Below, one piece after another: positions 1-12,404 of a stretch of DNA of 64,000 nucleotides (position 1 is the first letter of the stretch; each line of letters opens with the position of its first letter). This stretch comes from Paraspadella gotoi (lineage: Eukaryota > Animalia > Chaetognatha): NCBI GenBank assembly GCA_051294375.1, contig CM119267.1, positions 10,725,045-10,789,044 on the forward strand. The letters are read 5' to 3'. A model generated the notes under the pieces. That model was not told the origin of the DNA, did no database searches, and saw only the letters and a program-made list of their open reading frames with translations. Made by a program: the position numbers and the translations under genes.

Positions 1-1074
1 TTTAAAGTCATACGATCGTGATGATTAAAATTTTACAATGCTTTTCAAATCATTGAAAGAGCAATTGCACTAAGCGAAAATCAACAACATTCAAAAACTC
101 AAAAGTTATTGTAAAAATTGTGTCAGTTAAAAAATTTGAAAACAATTTCAAACAAATTGCGCATTGATTTGAAAAACTTATTACATCTAAAGCAATGAAT
201 GTTTCTACAAATAACAACAATCCACATATAATCTGTAATGTATCCTGGTTTAAATTTTTAGGAGATCAATACAAATCTAAGTACTATTTTGATCTTTGCT
301 TTTAGACCGTAGATCCTACTATTTGGTTCATTAAAGTTATATTGAACTCCATCAATAATTTACTAAGAATTTTTTTGTTTTTTTGTTTTCTTCACATATT
401 ACAAAAAATACATCAATGTATTCGTGGAAATATCCCTTGAATATATGGCAATGCAGATATTTATCTGCGATAACATCGCTGAGTGAGACTAGATAATATG
501 CTAAACTAAAGGATTAAATTTTTGATAAATACAACAAGAGTGGGAAAACTCAGATTATGGTCATCCTAAAAAAAATTAATGATGTTAAAATGTATGAAAA
601 TGCAAGAAACACCCATTTTATTATTTCATTTATTTATCATCACAACTATGAATGCAGATAAATTTATCCGGTCGTTATTTAAAAAACCGATATTTTTTTT
701 TGCAACAATATTCGACGACCGAGTTACTCCACCCTTCTACTCAAAATAAGATTTAATATGCAGTGTTTGAAATGCAAGATTTAACTTTTCACTGTGGGCG
801 TCCCTAACTATATCGTTACGGAGCGATTATCCCAGAACGAATTCCAATCCCGAAGCAGTTTGTTTTTTTATTTTTTTAAATTTGGTAAGTCGCCTCAATC
901 ATAAGATTTTTCCAAGTCAGAAATGAAAAACGTTCAGGAAGAATTACCAAGGCAGTTAAGTTCAAAAAGTTAAAAACAATCACTCTTGTTAGAATAAGAA
1001 ATGAAAAACGGTTTTAAATACTGCTAGGCTTCAACAATAAAAACAAAAACTTACAAACAAAACAAATAAGAAAT

Positions 1075-4000
1075 TTACTGAGGAGGTGGTCCGTCAGAAT
1101 ACCTCAGTTGCGGTTGCAACGACCACCTAAGGTTATTCCTAGAATGACAACAATCAGGGGAAAACAAAATGTTGAGAGCGATGAACAGCACGAGAAATGC
1201 GATGGAAACGAGGGCCAACGTGGAACGGCGGCGGAATATGCGAGATAGAAAACTGGACGAGATTCTTGAGTCGGTGTCATCTTCGGCGTCGTCGTCGTCA
1301 TCATGGGATTCGCAAATAAAAGGCCACCTCTTATCTTCAAAAGTATCCTCGACGCCTTCATCGCAAGACGGGTTCAACCAATCGGCGGCGCTCAATTCAT
1401 TAACTTCCCGACACAGAGCTCTCAATTGCGAGAGGAGAATCTCTCGCGCCGCGGAAGACGCAACTGGGAGTAACTCATTCGCCAATTCCTGCAAGCGTCG
1501 TAGGTCTTCTTCCAAAAACTCGGCGTGCCTCTCTAAAAGTCGACGATCCATTTCAAAAGACTCAAAATTGAAATCTTTCGCATCCTTCGCAGATCCACGA
1601 TTTTCCAATGTCGCTCTTCGCAGCATCTGCCCTCGTCGACGTTGAATTTTAAGTCCAAAAACAGTCTCTCCTACGAATTCATCAAACATCAACCACTGCT
1701 GAAACGTGGCTTTCAGATCGATTAATCGTTGCGCGAGCACATTCGCTAATCCTTCCAATTCTTCGTCTACTGCGGCAACGGAATCTGAGATTTTCTGAAC
1801 ATTGTACCTCGGATTTGTGTCGGCAAAGAGGATGAGGCGGCTCTGTGTCTCGTCGAGCAGTAAACGACGATCGGCTATATCGCGGCCGAGATTCTGTAGA
1901 TCGGAGACCAACGCTTCAAGACGAGCAGCATCGTCGGCGACGACGTCTGTTTCGATCCAAGACGAAACTGTGTCGCGGAAGTCGATGGCACTGAGGAGAT
2001 TGGCGTGAAGTCCCTTGAGATCCGCGCAGCGACTCTGCTTGTCCGTGGTGACGGCACGAAGGATCTCCCACCGGTCAATGATCTCCTCAACGTCGCGCAA
2101 ATCTTCGTCTGGGATGGAAGTTTGATTGGGGCATTTCAAATGCTGATGAATTACTTGCAGGCACTTGATGTTGGTCTGACAAGTGGCCAGCAGCTCCTTG
2201 TACTTGGATGGCTCTAAAAAGTTTCCCCTCTCGATCATGTCCCTCTTGATTTTTCCGAGGGTGACGTCGGTGACTTGGAGTTGAGCGCGAGATTCTTCCA
2301 GCACATGGCGCAAGTCTTCGCAGTCCGAGTCGGAGTCTTCGTCGTTTTCGCGACGCGGCGCCGCCAACGGACGAAAGTTGTAGATAGGAGGAGGCGTCGA
2401 TGATGACGAATCGGCGAAACTGAGGCGCCGGGAGGAGGCCACTGCGGCGTCTGTATCGGCTACGGCTGGTAGTTCCTCATTTGAAGCGCCAAAACCAGAA
2501 CGAACCTCGTGATTTTTGCAGTCTCCGTCTCCCAACAGCCTCTTTTCATAATCGATGTATTCCCAAACCTGATCTGATATGTAAAATTCTTCTGTTTGAA
2601 TTGGTTCCTCGTTGCCATCACATCTTTCATGTTGGGTAGCATGAATTTTGGGCAACGTGTGGGAGGCATGTGCCTTCTGTTTGGCGTTGGTTCGCGGAAA
2701 AGTGTGGCTGTTATAGTGGGCTTTCTTTAAGGTTTTCTCCGCAGTTTCGGACAATTCTCCGATGGCGAAGGGCGAAAGATCTAAGCGGTGCGATTGCTCG
2801 TACATTTCAGTGACCGATTTAGCGATTGTGTTTAATGTTGGTTCCCTGTGGAAAGTGAAATCACCTTGTTCCGAATCACAATCGGAGGAAGGAGACGCCA
2901 ACTGTTGCTCTCCCCCGAGAGAAGCTTCTTCCGTTGAGGTGTATTCTCCGCTAGCCTCACGAGACGACGGGCGACTAACCCGCCGTGCCGGCGTAGCTTC
3001 GTCCTGCTTGCGCTCGAGGGCGACTAATTCGTCCACTTCGAGCACGAGCTTCTGGATGCTCTCGCGGCCGACAAGCGGCTTTCGATGACGGGGGGGCGTC
3101 TTATCTTGGGATTCGGTCTCGGTGTGCTCAAAGTCGGTCGCCGTTAGGTCCCCCGTCAAAGAATCTGTCACATCTTTCTTAAAGATTCCGACGGAGACGT
3201 CGGAGGATTCGCCGGGGCTCGCTTCAGGAATATTCGCCAAACCGTACTTTTGCTTGAGCCGGTCAATGGTGAAAGGAGGGGCCACCTCGGAATGCACGCG
3301 ATATACGTTGACGGTGGGCGGCGGCGGACGACAGCCGGGGCCGACCTCGCCCTGCTCGGATTTTTGCGCTTCGGACAATGTGTCGAGTCCCGTGTCACGG
3401 GGAGCGAAGACTCGGGGCGAGAATAAATTTTCTTCGTCGTTGCTGAATCCCTCGGAAGAGTATCCGATATCGTGGGGCTCCGCTAATCTGCGTTTTCTAT
3501 AACTAGCGTAATTTGCGTGAGTGGGTTCGAAAAGACGCACAAGGTCTTCAATGACGCGTTCGTCATCACCCATTGACAAAACTGCGTCCTTCTCTAGCCT
3601 TTCGGGAACCAAAGCTTCCTTCGTTGGTCGCTTGCAACGACTGCAAATTTGCGGACTTCTCTCTTTTTCAAACTCGTCCTGGTCGGAAAAAACAAAGTCG
3701 TCCATAAAGCCACAACGACAGACGTTTTCAGTTCCGGTAGAAACAGAAGCCATTTGTGCGGCGGCCGCGCCCGCTTGCACGCCCGCATCATACTCAGGCT
3801 CGTTGCTGGCGACCGATTTAACTTCTGACGTATTTGGGGGATCAATGGCCTCTTTTTGAAAGATTGAACTTAAATCCATTTTACACCAACCAGAAGGAAA
3901 TGCCCTCTTTTTGTCCAGAAAGGGGGAGAGGGAGAAATTGGAGACGACCTTTTTGCTAAGACGCTCTTCAAGACAGCATTGCCATTCCAGAGCCAAGAGC

Positions 4001-5887
4001 CAAACCTCGTGCCATCGTTTTTGCAAAACGGTGGCTGTCTGTCGCAGAGAATCCTTCCTTTCTATCTTCCACTCGGCTTCTGCCGCCGGGTCTTCAATGG
4101 CCAACTGCGGCGAAGTATTTTCGTGGGAAGAATCCAGTCGGTCACAGAGCTTGAAAACGGCGGAGATGACGCGTGCTTGTGACTCGATCTCGCTCTGGAT
4201 TGACTGATACTCCTTCAGCTTCTCTTCCAAATCGCTCATTTCTTTCACTTTGCGAAGCGTCAGCGGGCCCAGACGGCTTTCAACGGAGGTGAGCCATTTC
4301 TAGAAGGGTTAAGAACATGGGAAAGAAATAATAAAGATAATGAAAAAAAAAGTACTCAATTACAAAATATCATTATGTAAAATGTCAAATGAAGTAAATA
4401 ATTTCTTTCTCGCACAAAAAAATTACAATTCACAACTCTATTTTGCACTGAAGCCGAAATACGTTCAATTATCCATTTTTTAAAAATAAAATCGTTGTTT
4501 ATTTTATAAACATAAAAAACCCCTCACCAATCAAATATAAATCGTAATGAAATGAAACCAAAAGGGAAAATGAAACAAATAGCCAAAACTCTTAACCTAA
4601 AAAAGTGACATTGAATAATGGACTTTTAATTTTTTGCATACTCCCCATTGCCCTATTACCTGCAACATGACCAAATCTTCCTCCAGATCCGTGGACATCG
4701 ACGAAAACGAGTGCGATCCTCTCCTACAATCTTTGGTGAAGGAGGGCGACCGCGATGCGTCGTCGACGAAGGACATTTCTAGGGTATCGTCGGCGGTTGG
4801 TCCGCCACTTATCTGCAACTCCAACTCTTTCCATTGGCGGTTAAGAAGTCCCAACCGGGTGCAGATTTCGTCTTTGAGATTCGGAAAGCGTCGCAGCAGT
4901 TGCCGGGCGTACTCCTTGAAGAGCTTTCGCCGTGGAGACCTCTCCATCATTTCTTCATGATAAGTCTAAAGAGCCAAAGAAAAATATGTGAGACTGTGAG
5001 AGAGTCTTAATTGAAAGCTTGCAGGGACCTGCTATGTCATTATCTTGTAAGAGTGATGGAGGCCTTAAACCACCAAAGCCTGTCCAAAGTCAGGGGCAAG
5101 ATAGCTTATTTATTAAATGAATGGATAATTTTTATATTGGTTGTACCAATTTCATAACAATTGACAATTTGAAAATAATGAAGGAGGAAATTTAATCTCA
5201 ATCAGACCAATAACCTGGTTCATGTATTTTTCCGACTGACTGTGCACCGTCTGCAAGGATATACTCTTCATCCTCTGCAGCCAGGCCGAAAGCTCCTTGT
5301 ACTGCTCGAGGAACTCTGTGAAGGAGACGCTAAAGGTGGGCGGAGATTCCGATTCCTCATCGAGCGAAAAATCGCTCTCCACATCTTTGCACTTCTCGAT
5401 GAGGCCGTCGTCCATCAACTCGTCGTAGTGTTTCTGGATGGAGGACCAGAAATCCCCTTCCTTTTCTCCGTAAGCATACGGATGCCCATAGGAAGAGCCG
5501 GGAGGACTCGACTGAGGAACCGATAATAAAAAGAAAATGAGAATAAAAGAAGGTAGAAGATAAAAAGTATAAATCGAAGGAGTTTAAAATCATTTAGCCT
5601 ACCTCTCGAGAAGATGCTTCGGGAGACGAAGGCGTTTTTACACCGGGAGTGGTAAGCGCGCTGTTTGGTGGCGCCCGGAGTACGGGACTCAAGGTTAAAG
5701 CAATAGGAGGGGTCAGGTGCCTCGGACTGAGATGCACCGCTCCAGGGCCGCTTCGGTCATATGGTGCCGGCGAGTTCCGTTTGTAAGGATCGTCGGCGAG
5801 AGAATCGGTGGAGGGCGATGAAGGATAGGGACTCTCCAATCCTCCTTCGGTCGAAGGAGAAAAATTAAGAGGATCGCCTAAATCCAT
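1075..5887 (-). CDS. Klarsicht/nesprin-like KASH-domain outer nuclear membrane protein (4 exons)
   Basis: Exons ~5887-5603, 5511-5215, 4965-~4660 and 4299-1075 are joined by GT-AG introns. Spectrin-like repeats are present (e.g. QKRWHEVWLLALEWQCCLEE). The C-terminus is a TM helix plus a luminal KASH tail ending ...LRYSDGPPPQ (PPPX). Confidence 0.85.
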
Positions 5888-6673
5888 GTTTCTTTTTTTC
5901 TGGGTCTTAATGAATTAATCTCATCGAAGCGGGGTAGTTTTCGTCTTTAAACATGATTGTTGATTAGTAACCGAATCCTTCAAAGCTTAAGGTTGTTTTC
6001 TTGAGATTTGTGAGATTTGTTTTGTCTTTTGTTTACAGTTTTATTTATTTAAGCAGGCTAATAGGTGTTTGTGAATCGGAGAAAGATTTTGAGGATGTTG
6101 TTTTGATTTTGAGGAAAAAGATTGGAAGTTTTAAAATAGATTTCCGATCCCCGTAGACATCACAGATCATATTCTTAAATCATGAATCAACATAGGCGAA
6201 AGGTTTAGTGACATTTTTTGCTTTTGTTTTTTGCTTATTTGTTATCAATCAAGAACAGATGAGCACCAAACTGATGTGAATGTTTTTATCTTTTTTCAAT
6301 TTTTTAAATCCAAGTTTTGCTTCGTTTCCTCCTTCGCAAGGAATACGAGACTTAATTACGTTTCTTTCTAACTTTGATCGGTGCCATAGTTTAACAGCAC
6401 GCCAATGAGATACCCTCTCATAGGGGTATCGGAAGTCCTAATATGCAAAAAGATTCTACGAAAATGTCAAAAGAATAAAATAATTAATGAACAATCGCAA
6501 AGAGAACAACTTAACTACATTAAAATATATATAAAAAAAGAATAATTTCGAAAGGAGGACATTCAAAATGAAATTCTTCTCAATTATAATTTTTCCAGGT
6601 CTTTGCGATCTCTTCGGCATAACTATAAAACCTTCAGGTTTCCAGTGATCTTGGCGGACGTTCGCGCTGGATT

Positions 6674-6868
6674 TCACTTCTTCCCCGACTTCTTGATACC
6701 GCCCTTGGCCAATGGTTTTCCGGCCTTGAGACTCTGCGCCAACTCGGCCGCCGCCTTCTTATCCGCCATTTGTTTCTTCTTGAACTCGACGTCGGTTTCG
6801 TCTTCGAACGTCTCGCCTTTCTTCGCCTGCTTCAGGGGCTTCTTTTTCCCTCCTTCTCGGCCGGACAT
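6674..6868 (-). CDS. TMA7: Translation machinery-associated protein 7
   Basis: 64 aa, MSGREGGKKKPLKQAKK...GGIKKSGKK. Both termini and the length match TMA7. Confidence 0.95.
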   Translation of the reverse strand: MSGREGGKKKPLKQAKKGETFEDETDVEFKKKQMADKKAAAELAQSLKAGKPLAKGGIKKSGKK

Positions 6869-7073
6869 TGTCTCTGTCTCGCACTTCCAGACGGAGGTAG
6901 GAAAAAAGTTTTTTACTTCATAAAATTAAAACAACAACGAAAAACCGTTTAACAGAATTTTCAACAAATATTCAGTAAAGCCGTATTTAATTCAAAAATA
7001 TAAAAAAATATTCAACAAAATTTTGATGTATTGGCACTTAGGATTAAACACTTTACATCATTGTAAATGGTCT

Positions 7074-10000
7074 CTACCAAGAGGGAACGCCGAACCTGGC
7101 GATATTTTTGTGTTGCGCCGTCAAATCCTTTCTGGCTTTCTCTCTCATGTAAAATATTGGGCAGTCGTTGTTAGAGCAAACGACTTCTTCGTGCAGCATT
7201 CCTTGGCACTGTTGACATTCGGTCCACAACCGAGCGAACTTCTCTTCCATCGCCCCCATCTTTTGGATCTCGTTCAAATAGATCTCGCCTTCTCTCGGGG
7301 AGCAATGCTTGCATACGACCATGTTCTCGTTGGGTAACAAAGCCTTGCACCCGATGCATGTGGCCCTCTTTTTCGTGAATGCGGCCAAACCTCCGATAGT
7401 TGAGTGTACGACGGTTTTTGAAAGGGTGTGGTCCCCCTTAAAAAGCACCGAATTGGCGCGAGATTCACCGAGAATGGGCTCGAAAATCCGCATCAAAGGA
7501 TTTGTCAACTGATGCTCAAGATAATAGTTGGTGTCGATGGGAATGTTGTGTTCCAAGACGTAGAGAGGATCTTCACTTTTCATGAACGCCGGGGTGCCTT
7601 TTGAGGCGGCGATGATAACGTATGGAACGCGGTCACCGAGTTGCGGCGCCGAACCGGCGTCGCGCTGCCGCATACGATTAGCCAACTCGACGTGCGCCTG
7701 TTTGGCCGTATACTCTTTCTCGGAGCGAGTGAGTTCTTTGGTAACGACGAGTTGAGAGATGTCGACTCGGTTGCAGAGCAAGTCGGATATCGTCTGCTTA
7801 GCGTAATCAACGGCGGCGTTCGGATCCCGTTTTATGAGAATGAGATGAAGGCAGGTGTTGATAAGGTTGGCGACGAGAGGACAGTTGTCCCGGCGAACTG
7901 TCTCGATGCCTTTGCAGTCCATCTTGTCGTAGGTTTCCGGTTTCGTAAAGTAGAGTCCGGCGTACCGCTTCTTGTTGATGAGAAGATACGGAAAGTAAAC
8001 TTTCTCGAACTCCAACTTGATCGGTTTGATAAATTTTCCCGAGACGATTTCCGCAGCTTCTCTGCCCAACTCCATCGCTTCGGCCACGGTATCGACGCCA
8101 AACTTTACCATGACAGAATCCGTGTCCCCGTAAATGACTTTGGCGTCGTTGTTGTAACCGTTAGCAATTTGGTACTTAGCTTCCACCTCGTTCTTCGTCT
8201 TTTCAATCATCATCCGACCAAAAGCGGTCACGCTCTGAGAGATTTCTAGACAGGGAAGCTTTCCAACCTGGGCGCCAGTGAAACCGTAAACCGAGTTAGC
8301 GGAGATTTTGAGCGCCAACTGGCGGCCGTCCAAAACGCGCTTTCTAAGTGGATCCGTTTCCTTCTTCAAATCAGCTTTAGCTTTTTTTCTAGCAGAAAGC
8401 AAGGATTCCAGGATCTCTGGCAAGAGACCCTTGCGAAGGGAGCTTTTGACAAAATGATTGCCTGATGGTGTGCGAATGTAGTCATCGGCGCTGAGGTTCT
8501 CCCTAACAGAAGCAGTGACAAGCGTGGTGTAGCAGAGATTATGAGCCATCATAATAGAGGGATACAGGGAAGCGAAATCGAGCGTGGCTATTGGAACATC
8601 GTAATATCCTCGAACGGGCTCGATGACAGTGGCTCCCTCAAAACCCTCGTCTCCTCCTCCCTGACTTTGATACGTCGGCATTACGAGATCTTGGAGTTTG
8701 GCTTTTCGCAATAACTGGGAAACGACTTTGATTGACTGACCGCGTGACAAAAGATAATTCATGGGTACCCCAGTCACCCTCGCCATCTCCATATAGTTGA
8801 TGACGCACATTAGTTTTTCCATCAGTTTGATCGGCAGCCAAGCGTCTTTGAGGCAATAAATGGCGAGACGACGCCGCGTTTGCTCATCGCCAGCCTGCAA
8901 ATCCGAGATGGTAGAATGATGCACGTCCTCCTTCTGCTCTTGCAGAAAATGAAAAGAGACGGCATTTAGCGTGTAGGATCGCAATTTGTACTCTCGCAAA
9001 AGAAACTGGAGCAAGTCGAACTGAACACGACCCTCGGTGTTGGTGAAGTGATTTTCCCTCTTGCCCATCTGCTTAGACTGAAGGGTCGAAACTTTGTCCA
9101 CCGTCCTCAGGTCTCTCACGCGGCCTAAAAACGGGAAGGACACACAACGCAAATGATCCGCCCGTTTCACCAGGTACGGAAAGTCAAAATTTTGGATGTT
9201 GTATCCGGTGATGATATCGGGATCGATTTGGCGGATAAAATCGGCCCATTTTTCCAGCAGTTCCTTTTCGCTCTCGAAGGATAAGATTTCTGCTCCGACG
9301 ATGGGGGCGCAAGATTTTAGGGTAAAAACGTTCTTTACAAAGGGTTCCGGCGCGCCGTTCGTGACAACGTTGGCGATTTGAATAACGGGATCTTTGTCCG
9401 GCTCTGGAAAAACGCCTTTTCGCCCGGCGCACTCTATGTCGAAACTAAGAACCCGTAAGGGCGCGACTTTGCCGTATTCGCCCTCGGTCGAGTGCGAGAT
9501 TAAGTCCTTCCAAGCGACGTCGACTTCGATCTGGCACCGAGTTTTGCTTGCATGCTTGCCCTCTCCTGGGTACCTCCGATGATATTTTCCGGCCGGAATC
9601 GTGATCCAATTACAGCCCACGACGTCGGCGTCAACCATAAAGCGAACCTCAAAGTCAATGTTAGCCTCGTAAGCAGAGAACTGCTGTGGCTTGAAGACGT
9701 CGGCGACGCCGAACCCTTGGTCCAGGAGTCGTTTAGCTGGGGCGATGAGTCGAGGTAGAGCCACGGTGATTTTGAGGAAGGTGAGCTTTTTGTTGTAGTG
9801 AAAGCCATACATGCTCTCTCTGATGCAAGTCTCTACGGCAAGAACGGGATCCGTTATGTTCTCTCGGTTGGACCTCATGTCGTTCTTGACAACGTTGTTC
9901 AAAGCCTGGCGAAATGCTTGACAATCTTCTGCGCGAAAATCAGGCGGGGCCGTCACGTAAAAGTATGGCAGAAAACCGTGGACGTGAACGGCTACTGAGT

Positions 10001-10367
10001 GGTGGTCCATTGTGATGCCGAACATGCGGATGACGGCCACGTTCGATTGTCGAGATCCCGGCATCCCCTTTAACGGCTCGGCGATGTAGTGGTCGGTGTC
10101 CATCTGTTGGAATGTGATGTCCATGTTTTTGGGATTAAACGTCGACGGGACTTGTGGGCGTGCCCACTTTGATTTGGTACAAAAGACGTCCGGACCCTTG
10201 GCGCCGCTTAAAGGAAGAACGTCCTCCTCAGTTTCTTCCTTTATTTCCGCCTCGATGTCGTCCATCATCGCCAGTTCCAATTCAAAATCGTCTTCTTCCT
10301 TCGAGCGGGATTTTTTGTTAGGACCCGCACCGTCTGACGACCCCGCCTTTTTGCGCTTTTGTTCCAT
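7074..10367 (-). CDS. POLD1: DNA polymerase delta catalytic subunit (single coding exon)
   Basis: 1097-aa ORF with ExoI SFDIEC, motif [10 protein letters not shown], motif [10 protein letters not shown], motif C YGDTDS, and C-terminal CysA/CysB clusters. Confidence 0.98.
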   Translation of the reverse strand: MEQKRKKAGSSDGAGPNKKSRSKEEDDFELELAMMDDIEAEIKEETEEDVLPLSGAKGPDVFCTKSKWARPQVPSTFNPKNMDITFQQMDTDHYIAEPLKGMPGSRQSNVAVIRMFGITMDHHSVAVHVHGFLPYFYVTAPPDFRAEDCQAFRQALNNVVKNDMRSNRENITDPVLAVETCIRESMYGFHYNKKLTFLKITVALPRLIAPAKRLLDQGFGVADVFKPQQFSAYEANIDFEVRFMVDADVVGCNWITIPAGKYHRRYPGEGKHASKTRCQIEVDVAWKDLISHSTEGEYGKVAPLRVLSFDIECAGRKGVFPEPDKDPVIQIANVVTNGAPEPFVKNVFTLKSCAPIVGAEILSFESEKELLEKWADFIRQIDPDIITGYNIQNFDFPYLVKRADHLRCVSFPFLGRVRDLRTVDKVSTLQSKQMGKRENHFTNTEGRVQFDLLQFLLREYKLRSYTLNAVSFHFLQEQKEDVHHSTISDLQAGDEQTRRRLAIYCLKDAWLPIKLMEKLMCVINYMEMARVTGVPMNYLLSRGQSIKVVSQLLRKAKLQDLVMPTYQSQGGGDEGFEGATVIEPVRGYYDVPIATLDFASLYPSIMMAHNLCYTTLVTASVRENLSADDYIRTPSGNHFVKSSLRKGLLPEILESLLSARKKAKADLKKETDPLRKRVLDGRQLALKISANSVYGFTGAQVGKLPCLEISQSVTAFGRMMIEKTKNEVEAKYQIANGYNNDAKVIYGDTDSVMVKFGVDTVAEAMELGREAAEIVSGKFIKPIKLEFEKVYFPYLLINKKRYAGLYFTKPETYDKMDCKGIETVRRDNCPLVANLINTCLHLILIKRDPNAAVDYAKQTISDLLCNRVDISQLVVTKELTRSEKEYTAKQAHVELANRMRQRDAGSAPQLGDRVPYVIIAASKGTPAFMKSEDPLYVLEHNIPIDTNYYLEHQLTNPLMRIFEPILGESRANSVLFKGDHTLSKTVVHSTIGGLAAFTKKRATCIGCKALLPNENMVVCKHCSPREGEIYLNEIQKMGAMEEKFARLWTECQQCQGMLHEEVVCSNNDCPIFYMREKARKDLTAQHKNIARFGVPSW

Positions 10368-10638
10368 ATCTCGTTTTCCCGTTATCCTTGTAGATAATCA
10401 AAGCGTACAAAAAATTGAATCACCAAACTTTAGAATATAAAGAGTATAACAAAAATATATCAATATGTCAATTAGGCCACAAATTCTAAAAAGGATATAA
10501 ACAACAGACAATAGAAAAAGTGAAAAATGGTATCACTGATAGAATTTCGCCTACGACTAAGTTATGCCGATAACCATGAACAATGCCGCTTCTTGTTTTC
10601 CTATTAACCCCAAATTATTTCGTAGTAGTTCTAGTTTT

Positions 10639-12109
10639 TCAATTGCCATTTGACGCCCGTCGTTCAATCTTGGCCCGCAAAATTTTCTCAAGTTTAATGG
10701 CGTCGGCAGCGAATTTTCGAATTCCGTCGGCTAACTTGTCAGTCGCCATCGCAGATTCGTTCATCATCCAACGGAAATTCTTTTCGTCCATGGGAATCTT
10801 CTTAAGATCCATCTTTTGAGCGGCTGCAACGCTCAGCGAAGGCTCCAACTCTTCCGCTTCCCTGTCTAACTCGGCCAACAACTTGGGGCTAATGGTTAGC
10901 AGATCGCATCCGGTCAGGGCTTTGACCTGAGAAAAGATTCATTTTTTTCCTTACCATTAGACACCTAAATCTTGAAAAGAGGGTATATATATATTAACCT
11001 GTCCAACGTTGCGGAAACTGGCGCCCATGACGACAGTTTTATAACCGAACTTTTTGTAGTAGTTGTAAATTTCTGTGACGCTTTTGACGCCCGGGTCGTC
11101 ATGGGGTTTATAAGTTTTCTGGTCCGTATTTGCGACGTACCAATCGAAAATCCTGTAATGAAAAAAGTTAACAGCGGTTGGATAAAAAAATTACGGAAAT
11201 TTTAAAAGAAAGACGGATTTTTCCCGACCTTCCCACGAAGGGCGATATGAGTGTGATACCGCCTTCGGCGCAGGCGATCGCTTGAGCAATGCTGAACATA
11301 AGAGTCAGATTGCAGTGAATTCCGTATTCCGACTCGAGGACCCGACCGGCCTGGATACCTTCCCATGTAGAAGAGAGCTTTATAAGAATCCTCTCTTTGT
11401 CGATGCCTGAAACGAGGAAAGAATCCAACTTTCATAACTAGAATAGTATTGCTCAATTAGTCTTGCTCAATGCTCATTTATCGTTTGAAAGTCAAATTGT
11501 TTCTTTTATCTTTTTATCGTTTTATCGTTTTATCTTTTTATCATTTTTATCGTTTTAACTGTCAAATTGTTTCTTTTATTTCAGAAAAAAAAAAGAATAT
11601 GAAAGACACAAAGCTAGTTCAAAAGCAAGAAAAAGTTCTACCGGCGGATTTGTAGAGTCTAATGAACTCTCTAGCTTTCGCTATCATGGCTTCCTTGTCA
11701 AAAGAGAGTCGTGCGTCGACTTCCGTGGAGACACGACCGGGAATAATTTTGAGAATTTCGCAGCCGAACAAAACTGCAACTTTGTCCATTGCTGCTTCCA
11801 CCTAAGATACGATCATATTATGTTATTTGGCCTCACTCACCTAATTTAAAATGATAACTTTCTCGACGAAAAAAATGTCCAAACCTTTTCCTCGATGTCT
11901 CCTTTAACGGCGGCTCCATGCTCGACAGCACGATCAATCAGAGCCCCGTACTTCTCGATTCCCGCCGCCTGGAGAATTAAGGAAGGGTTGGTGGTTGCGT
12001 CCGTGGGTTGGAAGACGACCATGGATTCGAAGTCGCCCGTGTCGGCCACGACCACCGTGTGGCGCTTCAGTGAATCCAACGCCGAGGGACTCGATTTCTT
12101 GGTCGCCAT
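10639..12109 (-). CDS. TALDO1: Transaldolase (5 exons)
   Basis: Exons 12109-11885, 11801-11642, 11406-11229, 11152-10999 and 10926-10639 are phase-compatible. Motifs [46 protein letters not shown]. Confidence 0.96.
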
Positions 12110-12404
12110 CTCGTTTTTGTTCTTCGGTCTATCGAAGTCGCGATGGATAAAACTTAGATCCTCTCGCGCTGGAAGGTTAGTAATAGTAGTTCTGAAATTA
12201 AACCTCAGAGATTAAAACGCCATCTCATGATAGGCGAAAATAAATAATAAATATGGAGATTAATAAATCGAGAGTGGTAACACGAGAAAAATTATGTTGG
12301 ACACAATGGTGCCTCTTAAATCGAATCCGATATATTACGTAAAAATTGATTGTGTAGCTCTAACGCTAACCGGACCAGAAGTAAAACGTGACAGTTTCTA
12401 GTTT

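Noticed and set aside
1169-10440. Many plus-strand ORFs of 60-200 aa (e.g. 1169-1645, 7641-8249)
   Set aside because: They are antisense shadows of GC-rich minus-strand CDSs, with no recognisable domains.
11478-11580. (TTTTATCG)n-like tandem repeat in a transaldolase intron
   Set aside because: Ordinary short intronic simple repeat.
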